64,000 nucleotides of DNA, taken from the NCBI GenBank assembly GCA_964648855.1, contig CAZYLT010000013.1, positions 4,932-68,931 of the forward strand, given 5' to 3'. How positions within the stretch are numbered: position 1 is the stretch's first letter; each line of letters opens with the position of its first letter. The translations under genes and the position numbers were made by a program. Origin of the DNA: an uncultured archaeon (GTDB lineage Archaea > Asgardarchaeota > Thorarchaeia > Thorarchaeales > Thorarchaeaceae). Below, in pieces: positions 9,607 to 19,680 of this stretch. The notes beneath the pieces were generated by a model. The model saw only the letters and a list, made by a program, of their open reading frames with translations. It did not search any database and was not told the origin of the DNA.

Positions 9607-10991
9607 TATAGAACCTCCTCTAGTGTTTCGACCAGTCTATCGATGTCTTGCTGCGAATGGACCTCAGTCACACAATACAACGCTGTTTCATTTAGTTCAG
9701 GAAACATTCCTTTCAGATTCTTTCCTCCTTGAATCCCATGCTGAAGTAATTCCTTGTTGACATGTTCTACAGACTTCTTGGACTTGTTGAAGTCCACAGT
9801 GAACTCCTTGAAGTGAACTGCATCAAAGGATGGGGCATTAACGCCCCCTATCTCAGATAGCCTCTTCATAGCATAATGTGACTTCTGCATAATGACCTCT
9901 GCCAGTTCCCTGATGCCCTGAGGTCCTAGCAAAGATAGGTACACAGCAGCAGTGATTGCCCATAACGCTGTAGCAGTTCCTGTGGAAGTATTGGCCTTGT
10001 CGCGTGCGCAGAAAATAGTCCGTTCAGGCATTATGTAAGCAAAACCAAACTCACCCTCTCGGGCGGTGTCAGTCAGGGTTATCATTCGATTGCCACTAGC
10101 TGCAACATATTCCTCTTCATCTTTGAAGGCAAGAAAGCCCATTAAAGCTCCTCCGAAATACGTTGGAATTCCAAGAGGTTGCCCCTCGCCACAAACTATG
10201 TCAGCACCGTATTTTCCAGGAGCCTCCAAAAGACCTAAAGATATAGGTTCAACACCCACCATGAATAATGCATTGTGATCGTGTGCAATTTCGCCTATCT
10301 TAGGGGCATCAGCTTCCAGGTAGCCAAGGTAGGTGGGATTTTCGATATAGACAGCTGCAGTTTGATCTGAAACCCTCTCCTCAACTTCTTCAAGCACAAC
10401 TTGACCGTCCTCCGCGAAGAAAGGAATTTCATCTATTGTTGCCAAGCCTTCACAATGAGCCTGCATGATAGCCCGTTTCTCAGGGCTCATAGATGCAGGT
10501 ACTAGGATTTTGTTTCGACCAGTTATGGCTGCTGCCATTCTAGCCGCGTCACCACAAGCCGTTGACCAATCATACAGAGGAAATCCTACACCATCAAGGC
10601 CAACCAACTCGCCAATCATACTCTGAAACTCAAACAAGACCTGATACCTACCGAGATCAGTATACACATCTCCAGTGTACGCAGTAACAAACTCAGACCG
10701 TGAGTTAATCTCGTTGCACACTGATGGAATGTAATGAGGCCAACATCCCGCACCCAGAAAGGAAAGAAGATCAGATCCATATTTGTTCTTGGACAGGATA
10801 CCTGATATGGTGCTAACCACTTTTGCCTCAGAGGCGGAGGGAGGAATATTGAGTGGCCTCTTCAGCATGATATCATCGGGTACACAGGAAAAGAGCTCTT
10901 TTACGCTCTGCACGCCGATTTCTTCAAGCATCTCCTTCTTGATTTCTGGCGCGCTATTAGGAATGTATGGATGTACTGGCATTGACCTCAC
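9606..10991 (-). CDS. gcvPA: glycine dehydrogenase (decarboxylating) subunit 1 (P-protein N-terminal half)
   Basis: 461 aa; N-terminus YIPNSAPEIKKEMLEEIGV...SCVP and overall GcvPA collinearity. Confidence 0.9.
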   Translation of the reverse strand: MRSMPVHPYIPNSAPEIKKEMLEEIGVQSVKELFSCVPDDIMLKRPLNIPPSASEAKVVSTISGILSKNKYGSDLLSFLGAGCWPHYIPSVCNEINSRSEFVTAYTGDVYTDLGRYQVLFEFQSMIGELVGLDGVGFPLYDWSTACGDAARMAAAITGRNKILVPASMSPEKRAIMQAHCEGLATIDEIPFFAEDGQVVLEEVEERVSDQTAAVYIENPTYLGYLEADAPKIGEIAHDHNALFMVGVEPISLGLLEAPGKYGADIVCGEGQPLGIPTYFGGALMGFLAFKDEEEYVAASGNRMITLTDTAREGEFGFAYIMPERTIFCARDKANTSTGTATALWAITAAVYLSLLGPQGIRELAEVIMQKSHYAMKRLSEIGGVNAPSFDAVHFKEFTVDFNKSKKSVEHVNKELLQHGIQGGKNLKGMFPELNETALYCVTEVHSQQDIDRLVETLEEVL

Positions 10992-11082
10992 CGATTGTGG
11001 TTTCTTCCCATATTGAGGGTTAATCTTGAAAATAGCATAAAAGAATTTCTATCAAACTGAATATAATACAATATTCTACCAC

Positions 11083-12117
11083 CTAGCTCGAAAAGGGTGG
11101 AAGAATGGCGGGTAAGTCCCTCATAGTGAGCAATCCAGAGCGAGCTTGTACTATATACGGGATTAGATTCACTTGGCGGGCACTCGAAACATATCCGCCC
11201 CGCTCAACCGTGCCACCATCCAACCATAGGTCATGTGAGGGATTCCCTTTTATCTGAATATGGTTACCTGCCCTCATGTTATCTTCATCTTGGTCAGGAT
11301 GACAGATAGCCGTTGATTCTATAGTGATTCTTTCAATCGAATCAACAAACCCGCGTCCTATCTGAGTAACCCCTGCTACTTGTCCGGGTTCAATTTCGAA
11401 TCCCCATTTAGTTGGTCTTTTTGATTCAGAAACTACTGATTCATATTGGATATCGATTTCGCTCAATTCCCAATCTAATGAGTCAGCAATGAGTTGAATA
11501 TTTTGCTCACGTCCGGGCAATGGATTTCTACCGAGGCCCCATACTGAGCCATGTACTTTTTCTTCAAATTCCACATGCGACATTCCAAATCCCATATAGG
11601 GCGGCCGGAAGTGTGGATACTCGCTGAAATCAACTACACGTGCAATCTTGATATTGTCGATTCGCTCTGAGGCACCACATAGCACTAAAGGAAGCAAATC
11701 AGTAGTAAATCCGGGGTTAACACCCGTCGCAATCACACTAGCATCGTTTAGTTTAGCTGCTAAATCGATCTCTTGGGAAATATCGGGGTATAATTTCCAA
11801 GGATATATCAGCTCCTCAGATGTAGATATGACATTCATCCCTTTTTCCAAACAGGGTAGAAGTTGTTGTGAAACTGCTTTAATCGATGTGATAGTACTAT
11901 GGATGACTACGTCAGCGTCAGCGTTTCGTAAGAGCCTTTCTGCTGAACTAATTCTAATACCTATATTTCCAATCCCGAGCAGTCTTCCAGCATCCTTGCC
12001 AACCAATTGGGGGTTATTGTCAATCACGCCTGTCAGCCGTAGTTTCTTATTCTGTATGATAACTTCTGTTGACCATCTCCCCAGGGATCCAAATCCATAA
12101 ACAATGACCTTGTTCAT
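11083..12117 (-). CDS. DapB-like NAD(P)-dependent amine dehydrogenase family protein (2,4-diaminopentanoate dehydrogenase-like)
   Basis: N-terminal Rossmann VIVYGFGSLGRW + dihydrodipicolinate-reductase-like layout, ~340 aa as in the Ord/nat-AmDH family. Confidence 0.5.
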   Translation of the reverse strand: MNKVIVYGFGSLGRWSTEVIIQNKKLRLTGVIDNNPQLVGKDAGRLLGIGNIGIRISSAERLLRNADADVVIHSTITSIKAVSQQLLPCLEKGMNVISTSEELIYPWKLYPDISQEIDLAAKLNDASVIATGVNPGFTTDLLPLVLCGASERIDNIKIARVVDFSEYPHFRPPYMGFGMSHVEFEEKVHGSVWGLGRNPLPGREQNIQLIADSLDWELSEIDIQYESVVSESKRPTKWGFEIEPGQVAGVTQIGRGFVDSIERITIESTAICHPDQDEDNMRAGNHIQIKGNPSHDLWLDGGTVERGGYVSSARQVNLIPYIVQARSGLLTMRDLPAILPPFSS

Positions 12118-12204
12118 TTTACAGTCTTCAACCTCTTTTCGTTTGTTTTAGCAATACAAAAAAAGAGAGTAGTGCCAGGAAAGACCTGGCATAATCAATC
12201 TATC

Positions 12205-13434
12205 CTATGGGCTAGTGATCCATGGAGGGCGTTGATATGACCCCGTTGCCACAGAGGTGGGCCATATTACTGTTGGCTCAGTGTTAATCCACTGCAGAAT
12301 CACACCAGGAATGTATGCTGCCTGATGGTTGTCCATGAATTCATAGGTGCCACGACCAGCTGTGAAAGTTCCAGTTTCCAATTGTGAGATGACAGCATCC
12401 GCATTGGTTGATGCGGCGGCTTCCACAGCCTGTGAATAAAGCATCAATCCATCATACGAAGTGATGTCAGCCCCAAATGGTTCCTGTCCAGAGAACAGGT
12501 AGAAGTCGTTGAAATAATCCACGGTATTCTCGGTCAAACTTACGTTCCACAGGTGGTTATATGTCAGGGTGTAATTCGACTCTTCAGCACCCAATTCTCG
12601 GATTGTCGATGGGTAGCTGAGTACACCTGATGCCCCTACAAATAGTATGTCTGGCTTGAGTGCCCACCATTGTTTCTGTAATGAAATGCTCGTCGAGAGG
12701 AGAAGGTCAACTAGAACAATATCGGGATCAACTGTTTCAATCTGGGCAATCTCAGGGCCGAAATCTGTTGTACCAGGGGTAAATAGTAATCCCTCGTAAT
12801 CCATTCCAGCCGCAGTACAAAAGGCCTCCATTTCAACATCTGCCTCTCTAGCCCATGTCAAGTCTTCTGTTACAAACATCAGACTGTCTATGTCAGGGAA
12901 AAGGCTAGTGAAATCGTCAAACCAAGCAAACATCCATTGAGTAACATTCCACTGGGTTCTGAATAGGTACTTATATCGCTCGTAATCATCAGAAACCAGC
13001 TCTGTGAATGCGCTGGTAGTAGGGTTCGTTGATATAAACGGAACTTGATAATCTGCAGCCACTTCTGCTACTCCCATGACAACGGCGGATGAGATGACTC
13101 CCATCAAGACATCTACATTGTCCACGGTAATTAGCTTTGTAGCAGCTGATACTCCTTTCTCGGGGTTTCCTTCGGTATCTTCCGCGATAAGAACTACTTG
13201 TCTTCCAAGGATGCCTCCAGCTTCATTTATTTGCTGAGCGGCCACTTGGAAACCATATAGTGCTCCACGACCAGATGCTGACGTCCCACCGGTTAAAGGT
13301 TCTAAAATGCCTATACGGATGGGTTCTTCCGAAGGAGTACCACCGGGCATGAATACCACCACGGCCACAGCTGCAACCGCTACGATAGCGATTATGGCAA
13401 CAGCCCCGACGGTTTGTTTGTTGATAGTGCTCAT
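12205..13434 (-). CDS. branched-chain amino acid (HAAT family) ABC transporter substrate-binding protein
   Basis: N-terminal membrane anchor then LivJ-type periplasmic binding fold (IRIGILEPLTGGTSASGRGALYGFQVAAQQINEAGGILGRQVVLIAEDTEGNP). Confidence 0.8.
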   Translation of the reverse strand: MSTINKQTVGAVAIIAIVAVAAVAVVVFMPGGTPSEEPIRIGILEPLTGGTSASGRGALYGFQVAAQQINEAGGILGRQVVLIAEDTEGNPEKGVSAATKLITVDNVDVLMGVISSAVVMGVAEVAADYQVPFISTNPTTSAFTELVSDDYERYKYLFRTQWNVTQWMFAWFDDFTSLFPDIDSLMFVTEDLTWAREADVEMEAFCTAAGMDYEGLLFTPGTTDFGPEIAQIETVDPDIVLVDLLLSTSISLQKQWWALKPDILFVGASGVLSYPSTIRELGAEESNYTLTYNHLWNVSLTENTVDYFNDFYLFSGQEPFGADITSYDGLMLYSQAVEAAASTNADAVISQLETGTFTAGRGTYEFMDNHQAAYIPGVILQWINTEPTVIWPTSVATGSYQRPPWITSP

Positions 13435-13574
13435 TCAATTTCTCACTCCAAAACAATGTTTGGTACAAATCAACTACACACGAATTGTCCTATAAGTACT
13501 TTGCGGAAATTTCGGAAAAGCATCATGTATCCTGAATGGATAACATATAAGGGCGATGTCTGTTGAAATATAAA

Positions 13575-13590
13575 CAAAAAATCATATATA
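13575..13590 (+). promoter_or_regulatory. candidate archaeal BRE/TATA promoter for livHM
   Basis: caaaaaa + tcatatata ~50 bp upstream of livH; AAGGAG at 13628-13633 sits 9 nt before ATG 13643 (likely true start rather than GTG 13637). Confidence 0.35.
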
Positions 13591-13636
13591 GGTGCGTTGT
13601 CTTGCCGTGATGTCAGTCTAGACAGACAAGGAGCAA

Positions 13637-14497
13637 GTGACAATGATAAATCTAGAAGTGCTATTCAGTGGAATAATGTTGGGCAGCTTGTACGGCCTGA
13701 TGAGTAGCGGATACTCGCTTATCTATGGAGTAGGCAAGGTTTCAAATCTCGCATATGGACATCTCGTTATTGCAAGTATATTCGTATCCTATCTCACCGT
13801 GGTCACTTTAGAGTTGAGCATACTTTTGGCCGCACCATTGGCGATAGCAGCGGCTATAGTCATCAGTCTAATCACAATGTTCTTTCTCGAAAGAGTTTCT
13901 CATGATGATCAGCGCGTGATATTTCTCTCTCTTGGGATTGCAATCATCATTGAGAATCTCCTTTTGGCCTATTTTGGTGGGTTGTATAGATTTGCTCCCA
14001 CCCCCATCGCAGGTTTGATTGAAATAGGCGACGTTCGACTCCAGACATATCGTGTCGTTGTTTTCGCCATTACGATAGCACTCTTTGTAATTACTTCCCT
14101 GCTTGTCAATAGAACGAGTGCAGGAAGATCAATGCGTGCAGTTTCAGAGAACGAAGACGCATCTTGGTTGATGGGAATTGATGTGAAGAGAATCAAGCTC
14201 TTGACTGCAGGAGTAGCTGGAGTATTAGCAGGATTGTCGGCCTTGCTTCTTCTTCCTATATACTCAATATATCCGGCTGTCGGATGGGAGTATCTGTTGA
14301 TAGGATTCGCGATTGTCATTCTAGGAGGATTAGGAAGCCTCAACGGCACACTACTTGGAGGAGTGATTCTAGGAACCGCCGAATCACTATTTGGCTATTA
14401 TATTTCCTCTGGACTTAGAGGAGCACTCTACTTCGTCGTCATAATAATAGTGCTCTTAGTGAGACCATCGGGCCTATTAGGCAAAAGCGAGGATTGA
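13637..14497 (+). CDS. branched-chain amino acid ABC transporter permease (LivH-type)
   Basis: 286 aa polytopic; LivH family signature region; probable start ATG 13643 after AAGGAG. Confidence 0.85.
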   Translation: MTMINLEVLFSGIMLGSLYGLMSSGYSLIYGVGKVSNLAYGHLVIASIFVSYLTVVTLELSILLAAPLAIAAAIVISLITMFFLERVSHDDQRVIFLSLGIAIIIENLLLAYFGGLYRFAPTPIAGLIEIGDVRLQTYRVVVFAITIALFVITSLLVNRTSAGRSMRAVSENEDASWLMGIDVKRIKLLTAGVAGVLAGLSALLLLPIYSIYPAVGWEYLLIGFAIVILGGLGSLNGTLLGGVILGTAESLFGYYISSGLRGALYFVVIIIVLLVRPSGLLGKSED

Positions 14498-14503
14498 TAA
14501 AAG

Positions 14504-15622
14504 ATGTCTAGTGATAATTCATTCAAATCGGAAGTACTGACGTTTCTAAGAGACATTCCCTCAAATATTGCAGGCACAGTTCGGATGGCTTTTAGTCCGT
14601 CGTTTTTTAGAGAACACAAAGTGCAGATAATCATCCTCCTGATACTTTGCCTATATCCAATAATTCCAGGGCTCGCTGGCTTGGATTATCTAATTCATAT
14701 TGCGGTCATTGCCAATATATTTGCAATGATAGCATTGGCCTGGGACCTTAATGGTGGGTATACAGGCCAAGGTAATCTTGCAGCAGGCTTCTTTGCAGGA
14801 ATCTGTGGTTATACCTCTGCAATCCTCACCACTCAGGCGGGATGGCCAATACTACCAAGCCTCCTTCTCGGAATATTTTTCTCCTTTATCTCAGCTGTTG
14901 GTATTGGCTTCCCGTCACTTCGAATGAAGGGACCATATTTGGTAATCGTAACTTTCGCAGTTGCTGAGGTCGCCAGGAAACTAACCATATACTTCTCAGA
15001 CGTGACACAAGGAGAAGAAGGAATCGGCGGAGTCCCCCGAATCTTCGTCGGAGCCTTTGCCAATTTCTATTGGACACTCTTTGTTCTCGTCATCGTTTTT
15101 ATCATCGCGCACAAGATAATCCAATCCAAATGGGGACTTGCCTTCAAAGCGATAGCAAAAGATGAAACAAGAGCAAAGACACTCGGAGTCAACGTGACCA
15201 ACTATAAGATTCTCAGCTTCAGTCTATGTGGCATCTTCGCCGGCTTGGCTGGGGGACTATTTGCCCACTATCAAGCGCACATCGATCCGCACTTCTTTTC
15301 AATAATTTTAGCGATATCAGTCATCTCCATGGCGATTATAGGAGGAGAAAAGACATTGATAGGGCCCATTATTGGCGCCTACCTCCTTCAGTTTTTGACA
15401 GAAGGGCTGAGATTTGTGACGGGCGGCGCGCCTTGGGTCAGGCAGGGAATTCACGGGCTCCTGTTGGTTGTAGTGATGCTCTTCTTGCCTGGCGGTATAT
15501 TAAGCCTCATCCGAGGTACTGAAGACGGCGTAGAAGAATCCGGCGTCAACAAGTTCAGAAGAAAAGTACGCAGTATATTCTATATTGAAGAAGAGGAAGA
15601 GGCTCAGGAAGAAGAGGAATGA
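14504..15622 (+). CDS. branched-chain amino acid ABC transporter permease (LivM-type)
   Basis: 372 aa polytopic, LivM-like; acidic E-rich C-terminal tail. Confidence 0.85.
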   Translation: MSSDNSFKSEVLTFLRDIPSNIAGTVRMAFSPSFFREHKVQIIILLILCLYPIIPGLAGLDYLIHIAVIANIFAMIALAWDLNGGYTGQGNLAAGFFAGICGYTSAILTTQAGWPILPSLLLGIFFSFISAVGIGFPSLRMKGPYLVIVTFAVAEVARKLTIYFSDVTQGEEGIGGVPRIFVGAFANFYWTLFVLVIVFIIAHKIIQSKWGLAFKAIAKDETRAKTLGVNVTNYKILSFSLCGIFAGLAGGLFAHYQAHIDPHFFSIILAISVISMAIIGGEKTLIGPIIGAYLLQFLTEGLRFVTGGAPWVRQGIHGLLLVVVMLFLPGGILSLIRGTEDGVEESGVNKFRRKVRSIFYIEEEEEAQEEEE

Positions 15623-15625
15623 GCC

Positions 15626-15652
15626 CTCTTCCCTCATTCTTTATTTTTCCCG
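15626..15652 (+). terminator. pyrimidine/T-rich tract after livM stop (archaeal oligo-T terminator candidate)
   Basis: ctcttccctcattctttatttttccc immediately after TGA at 15620-15622; convergent with AOR. Confidence 0.3.
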
Positions 15653-15801
15653 CTCTAGAAGTAGAATTTCAATAGCGGTAAATCTCTTGTAGGATATCCT
15701 CAAGAATCAAAATCCCCCTGAGCGATAGTCCCTAGTTCTACTATATATCAGGCGATTTCTACGACTGCTCGTCAGGTGTTTGGCCTATTAGTCAGCGAAA
15801 T

Positions 15802-17769
15802 CTAAGACATAGACTTAACATCTTCTGCCAGTTTGTCTAGCCCCAGTCCTTTGAGACTTTTCGGTGTTGGCTGTCCGGATTCAATATCCCATCCTCTGAT
15901 CTCATAGTATTCATCAAGCAAAGTATTTAGCTTCTCAGGAGTTACGAGTGCCTCTTCAGTATTTCTTGGCTCGTAAGGCATCACATCTTCCATGAAACGA
16001 TCAGGAACTCTGTCCAACTCCCGATGACCAAGTCCATATCGCATATTGAACACCTTCTCAGTATTATATATGCGGGCACCAATTCTGAGGAGTTCAACTC
16101 CATCTAGAGGAATACCCGTTGCTGCATTCAGTATCCTAGCGAGTTTATCTGGCTTGCCAGAAGGCCCAACAAAATAGGAATGCGTCATGAGAATAAGTGA
16201 AGGCGTCTTGCATATTCCAATTGAGTCAATAACAGCACCAAGGTCCTCACAAAGTTTGACAAAGAAGGGTTTGCCTTTTATGGACCATTCATCAGTCGCT
16301 TCTTTTGGAACGCCAAATAGTTTGGTGGCCTGATCCTGGTAAGTCTTGAGCGATGCAACATAGATGAGGCTTCTTAGGTGGTCGGCGCCACGCGTAGAGG
16401 TCGAATATGCCAATGCCCATCCAAAGGAGCCACGTGGGTCCACTGCTGTCCAGGGAAGTTTCTTGGTGTGAATGACATATTTCATGGACCCCCTGCCTAT
16501 CTTCTCTGCAGCTGCATAAGACCCATCAGCGATTACATCACCAAATCCTTCGCGATATGCCATCTTCTTGACCATTTCAACAGCGGCTTCATCGTTTCCC
16601 CAGTTGAGCTTCACACCACCAGTATCCTCATCTGTGATGATACCACGCTCATAACACTCCATCGCCCATGCAATAGTTGCCCCTGCAGTACAGACATCTA
16701 TTCCCAAGTCATTGCAGAGGGCATTCATATGTAACATAGCTTCCATATCGTAGACTCCAAGGTTGGAGCCCAGATGGGTCTGAGCCTCGTATTCAGGGCC
16801 TTCACTAAGAGTTCCTGCATATGGTCCATCCTCGATGGCATATACCCTACTGCAGGAAATCGGGCAGTTGAAGCACCCCTTGTTCTTTATACTGTATTCT
16901 TCAAAGAGCCGCTCTCCACTGAGTTCCCACGCATCTTCTTCATCGAGAACATTTTCAGACCAATTCTTTATTGCTAATCTTCCGGATTTACTGACTGCTC
17001 TGAGGAGTAGTGTAGTACCAAGGGTTGCCCATACTTCGTATAATGGATGGTCAAGGATTTCGTTTGTTGCTTCCTCAGCAAGTGTCAGGAATTCGTCTGG
17101 CTTGGCCATCTGCAGCCCTTGTGTTCCTACCACACCAATTCCTTTGAGGTTCTTAGTTCCCATGACTGCAGCGATTCCCGTTCTTCCTGCTGCACGGGTC
17201 ATATCTGACATGACTGCAGCGCCCTGTACCAGATTCTCTCCAGCAGGGCCAATCGCAGCAACCTTTGCCTCCTCTTCATCCATCTCTTCCCGGATCATTT
17301 GCGTTGTTTCTACGATGCGCTGACCCCACAGATCCTTCGCACTTCTTAGCTCTGTCTCACCGTCATTTACCCATAGCCAGACAGGCTCGGGAGATTTTCC
17401 ATGGAAAATAATATGATCAAATCCGCTCCATTTCAATTCAGCCGCCCAATGACCTCCAGCATTGGAATCACCGATCAGGCCAGTCATTGGGGATCTGGAT
17501 GATACATTCCATCTGCCAGAACTTGGAGCCAGTGTTCCCACAAGTGGACCTGCACCAAATACAACAAGATTTTCAGGATCATATGCCTCGGTAGAGGGGG
17601 TTAGTTCGTCATACAGAATGCGTATGTTGGTACCCCGTCCTCCAAGGTATCCTTTCATCATCTCTCTTGGATGATCTTCAATCACAATTTTCCCCTTTGT
17701 AAGGTCAACTCGGATTATTTTTCCAGTGAACCCATAGACATCCTTGGTCATAGTATTTCCTCTGAGCAT
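15802..17769 (-). CDS. aor: tungsten-containing aldehyde:ferredoxin oxidoreductase (AOR family)
   Basis: 655 aa; N-terminal YGFTGKIIRVDLTKGKI...YLGGRG and collinearity with AOR N- and C-terminal domains. Confidence 0.9.
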   Translation of the reverse strand: MLRGNTMTKDVYGFTGKIIRVDLTKGKIVIEDHPREMMKGYLGGRGTNIRILYDELTPSTEAYDPENLVVFGAGPLVGTLAPSSGRWNVSSRSPMTGLIGDSNAGGHWAAELKWSGFDHIIFHGKSPEPVWLWVNDGETELRSAKDLWGQRIVETTQMIREEMDEEEAKVAAIGPAGENLVQGAAVMSDMTRAAGRTGIAAVMGTKNLKGIGVVGTQGLQMAKPDEFLTLAEEATNEILDHPLYEVWATLGTTLLLRAVSKSGRLAIKNWSENVLDEEDAWELSGERLFEEYSIKNKGCFNCPISCSRVYAIEDGPYAGTLSEGPEYEAQTHLGSNLGVYDMEAMLHMNALCNDLGIDVCTAGATIAWAMECYERGIITDEDTGGVKLNWGNDEAAVEMVKKMAYREGFGDVIADGSYAAAEKIGRGSMKYVIHTKKLPWTAVDPRGSFGWALAYSTSTRGADHLRSLIYVASLKTYQDQATKLFGVPKEATDEWSIKGKPFFVKLCEDLGAVIDSIGICKTPSLILMTHSYFVGPSGKPDKLARILNAATGIPLDGVELLRIGARIYNTEKVFNMRYGLGHRELDRVPDRFMEDVMPYEPRNTEEALVTPEKLNTLLDEYYEIRGWDIESGQPTPKSLKGLGLDKLAEDVKSMS

Positions 17770-17843
17770 TTTCCACTAAAGTGGTACATCTTACGAAATA
17801 ATCGTAAATAGTTGTACCGTTTTAAATCCTAGCACCCTAATTT

Positions 17844-17861
17844 CGAAAGAGATATAAAATA
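17844..17861 (+). promoter_or_regulatory. candidate BRE/TATA promoter (cgaaaga + gatataaaat) for leaderless 106-aa/livGF/M24 transcript
   Basis: TATA-like box ~30 bp upstream of ATG 17889, consistent with a leaderless archaeal mRNA. Confidence 0.4.
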
Positions 17862-17888
17862 CTTCCTTTCTGACTATCAAAGCTGAAG

Positions 17889-18209
17889 ATGTTAATTACC
17901 ATGGCAAGAAAAACAGCCAATGTCAAGTTTATCCATCCGTTCATTCGCTATAACAGAGAATTCGAGTGTGATGATGACACAACCCTGAACGAACTGATGG
18001 AAACGACCATGCAGGACACCAAGGCACATGGAAGATATACTAGTAGAGCTGGTAGACATATTGATAGACTGATGGGATGTGTAGTGATGCATACAGGAGA
18101 TCAGATTGGCTACTTCGATGATTCTGGCTTTGTGTTAATTAACGATGAATGTGAAACGGTCCATGATTCGGACGAGTTTATCATAACGATAGCAACCCCA
18201 CGAGGCTGA
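17889..18209 (+). CDS. hypothetical protein (106 aa), first gene of livGF-containing operon
   Basis: ORF ends 3 nt before livG start; no recognisable motif. Confidence 0.35.
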   Translation: MLITMARKTANVKFIHPFIRYNREFECDDDTTLNELMETTMQDTKAHGRYTSRAGRHIDRLMGCVVMHTGDQIGYFDDSGFVLINDECETVHDSDEFIITIATPRG

Positions 18210-18212
18210 ACT

Positions 18213-18962
18213 ATGCAGAAATCAAACATCATTTTAGAATGTAGAGGCTTATCAAAAAACTTTGGCGGTCTTGAAGCTGTTAGTGATCTCGATTTTGAGA
18301 TTCACGAGAAAGAAGTGTTGGGGCTAATCGGGCCCAATGGTGCTGGCAAGACAACCGTGTTTAATCTTCTGACAGGCGTCTTAAAGGCAGACAAAGGAGA
18401 GGTCCACTATAATGGTAGTGACCTCCTGCAATTGCCCGCACACAAGATTACTGAGCTTGGAATGGCTCGAACTTTCCAGTTGATACGAAGCTTCGAAGAT
18501 ATGAGTGTCTTGGATAATGTGATGATTGGAGGACTTTTTGGTCGGAAGAAAAGCCATGAAAGAGCACATGAAGATGGAATGCGATACCTAGAATTCGTGA
18601 ACATGGCTGATCATGTGGACAAGAAGGTCAAGAACCTCACTCCATATGATAGGAAGAGAACAGAATTGGCTTCGGTACTGAATACTGAACCCAAACTGAT
18701 CCTTTTGGACGAATTTGTGGCAGGTTTGAATGATTCAGAACTTGACAGTGCAATCACTTTGACCAGAAGAATCAGGGACGATCTTGGCAAGACCCTATTC
18801 TGGATAGAACATGTGATGAAGGCAATCATGAATGTTGCTGAGCGAATAATTGTGATTGACTATGGAAAGAAGATAGCTGAGGGTCCTCCAAAGGAGATAT
18901 CCCAAAACCAAGATGTCATTGCAGCATATCTTGGAAAGGAGTTTGGAAAGGAGCGTGAATAA
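18213..18962 (+). CDS. branched-chain amino acid ABC transporter ATP-binding protein (LivG-type)
   Basis: Walker A GPNGAGKTT, ABC signature, Walker B ILLDEF. Confidence 0.9.
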   Translation: MQKSNIILECRGLSKNFGGLEAVSDLDFEIHEKEVLGLIGPNGAGKTTVFNLLTGVLKADKGEVHYNGSDLLQLPAHKITELGMARTFQLIRSFEDMSVLDNVMIGGLFGRKKSHERAHEDGMRYLEFVNMADHVDKKVKNLTPYDRKRTELASVLNTEPKLILLDEFVAGLNDSELDSAITLTRRIRDDLGKTLFWIEHVMKAIMNVAERIIVIDYGKKIAEGPPKEISQNQDVIAAYLGKEFGKERE

Positions 18963-19668
18963 TCTGCTGAAAGTAAACAACATAGACGTATATTATGGTT
19001 CGATTCAGGCACTTAGAGATATTTCTCTAAGCGTTGCCGAGAACGAACGTGTATCGATAATTGGACCTAATGCAGCTGGGAAGAGTACTATCTTCAAGAC
19101 TATTGCAGGTCTTCTAAAACCCAGAAAGGGGACAATAGAGCTCAGTGGTGAAAGAATAGATGCTATGAAGCCTAGTAATATACTGAAGAAAGGTCTTGCC
19201 CTTGTACCGGAGGGTCGAATGATATTTTCTGGTATGAAGGTAGTTGAGAACCTAGAGCTGGGGGCTCATATCCATGGCGGAGCATCTAATGTTGAGGACA
19301 TGCTACACTGGGTGTATGACCTATTTCCCATTCTAGAGGAGAGAAAAAACCAGCGTGGGGGATCTCTTAGTGGCGGTGAACAACAGATGTTAGCCATTGG
19401 TAGGGCCTTAATGTCGAAGCCTTCACTTCTGTTATTGGACGAACCTTCGCAAGGGTTGGCACCCATCATCGTTGAGAATGTTTTCAAAGCTCTAGACGAG
19501 ATAAGAAAGACCGGAACCTCCATTCTAATTTCCGAACAGAATGTCCATTTGGCACTTGAATTCTGTGATAGAGGGTATATTCTCGAAAATGGAAGAATAA
19601 AGATGGAAGACGCCGCATGCGACCTCATAGAAGATGAGTACGTTAGAGAAGCATACTTAGGAATATGA
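18913..19668 (+). CDS. branched-chain amino acid ABC transporter ATP-binding protein (LivF-type)
   Basis: Walker A GPNAAGKST, signature LSGGEQQML, Walker B LLLDEPS. True start probably GTG at 18955 (MNNLLKVNNIDVYYG), overlapping livG stop. Confidence 0.9.
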   Translation: MSLQHILERSLERSVNNLLKVNNIDVYYGSIQALRDISLSVAENERVSIIGPNAAGKSTIFKTIAGLLKPRKGTIELSGERIDAMKPSNILKKGLALVPEGRMIFSGMKVVENLELGAHIHGGASNVEDMLHWVYDLFPILEERKNQRGGSLSGGEQQMLAIGRALMSKPSLLLLDEPSQGLAPIIVENVFKALDEIRKTGTSILISEQNVHLALEFCDRGYILENGRIKMEDAACDLIEDEYVREAYLGI

Positions 19669-19680
19669 GCGTGATAGACA

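Noticed and set aside
16835-17323. 162-aa + strand ORF inside AOR
   Set aside because: Antisense shadow of the AOR gene; Ser-rich low complexity.
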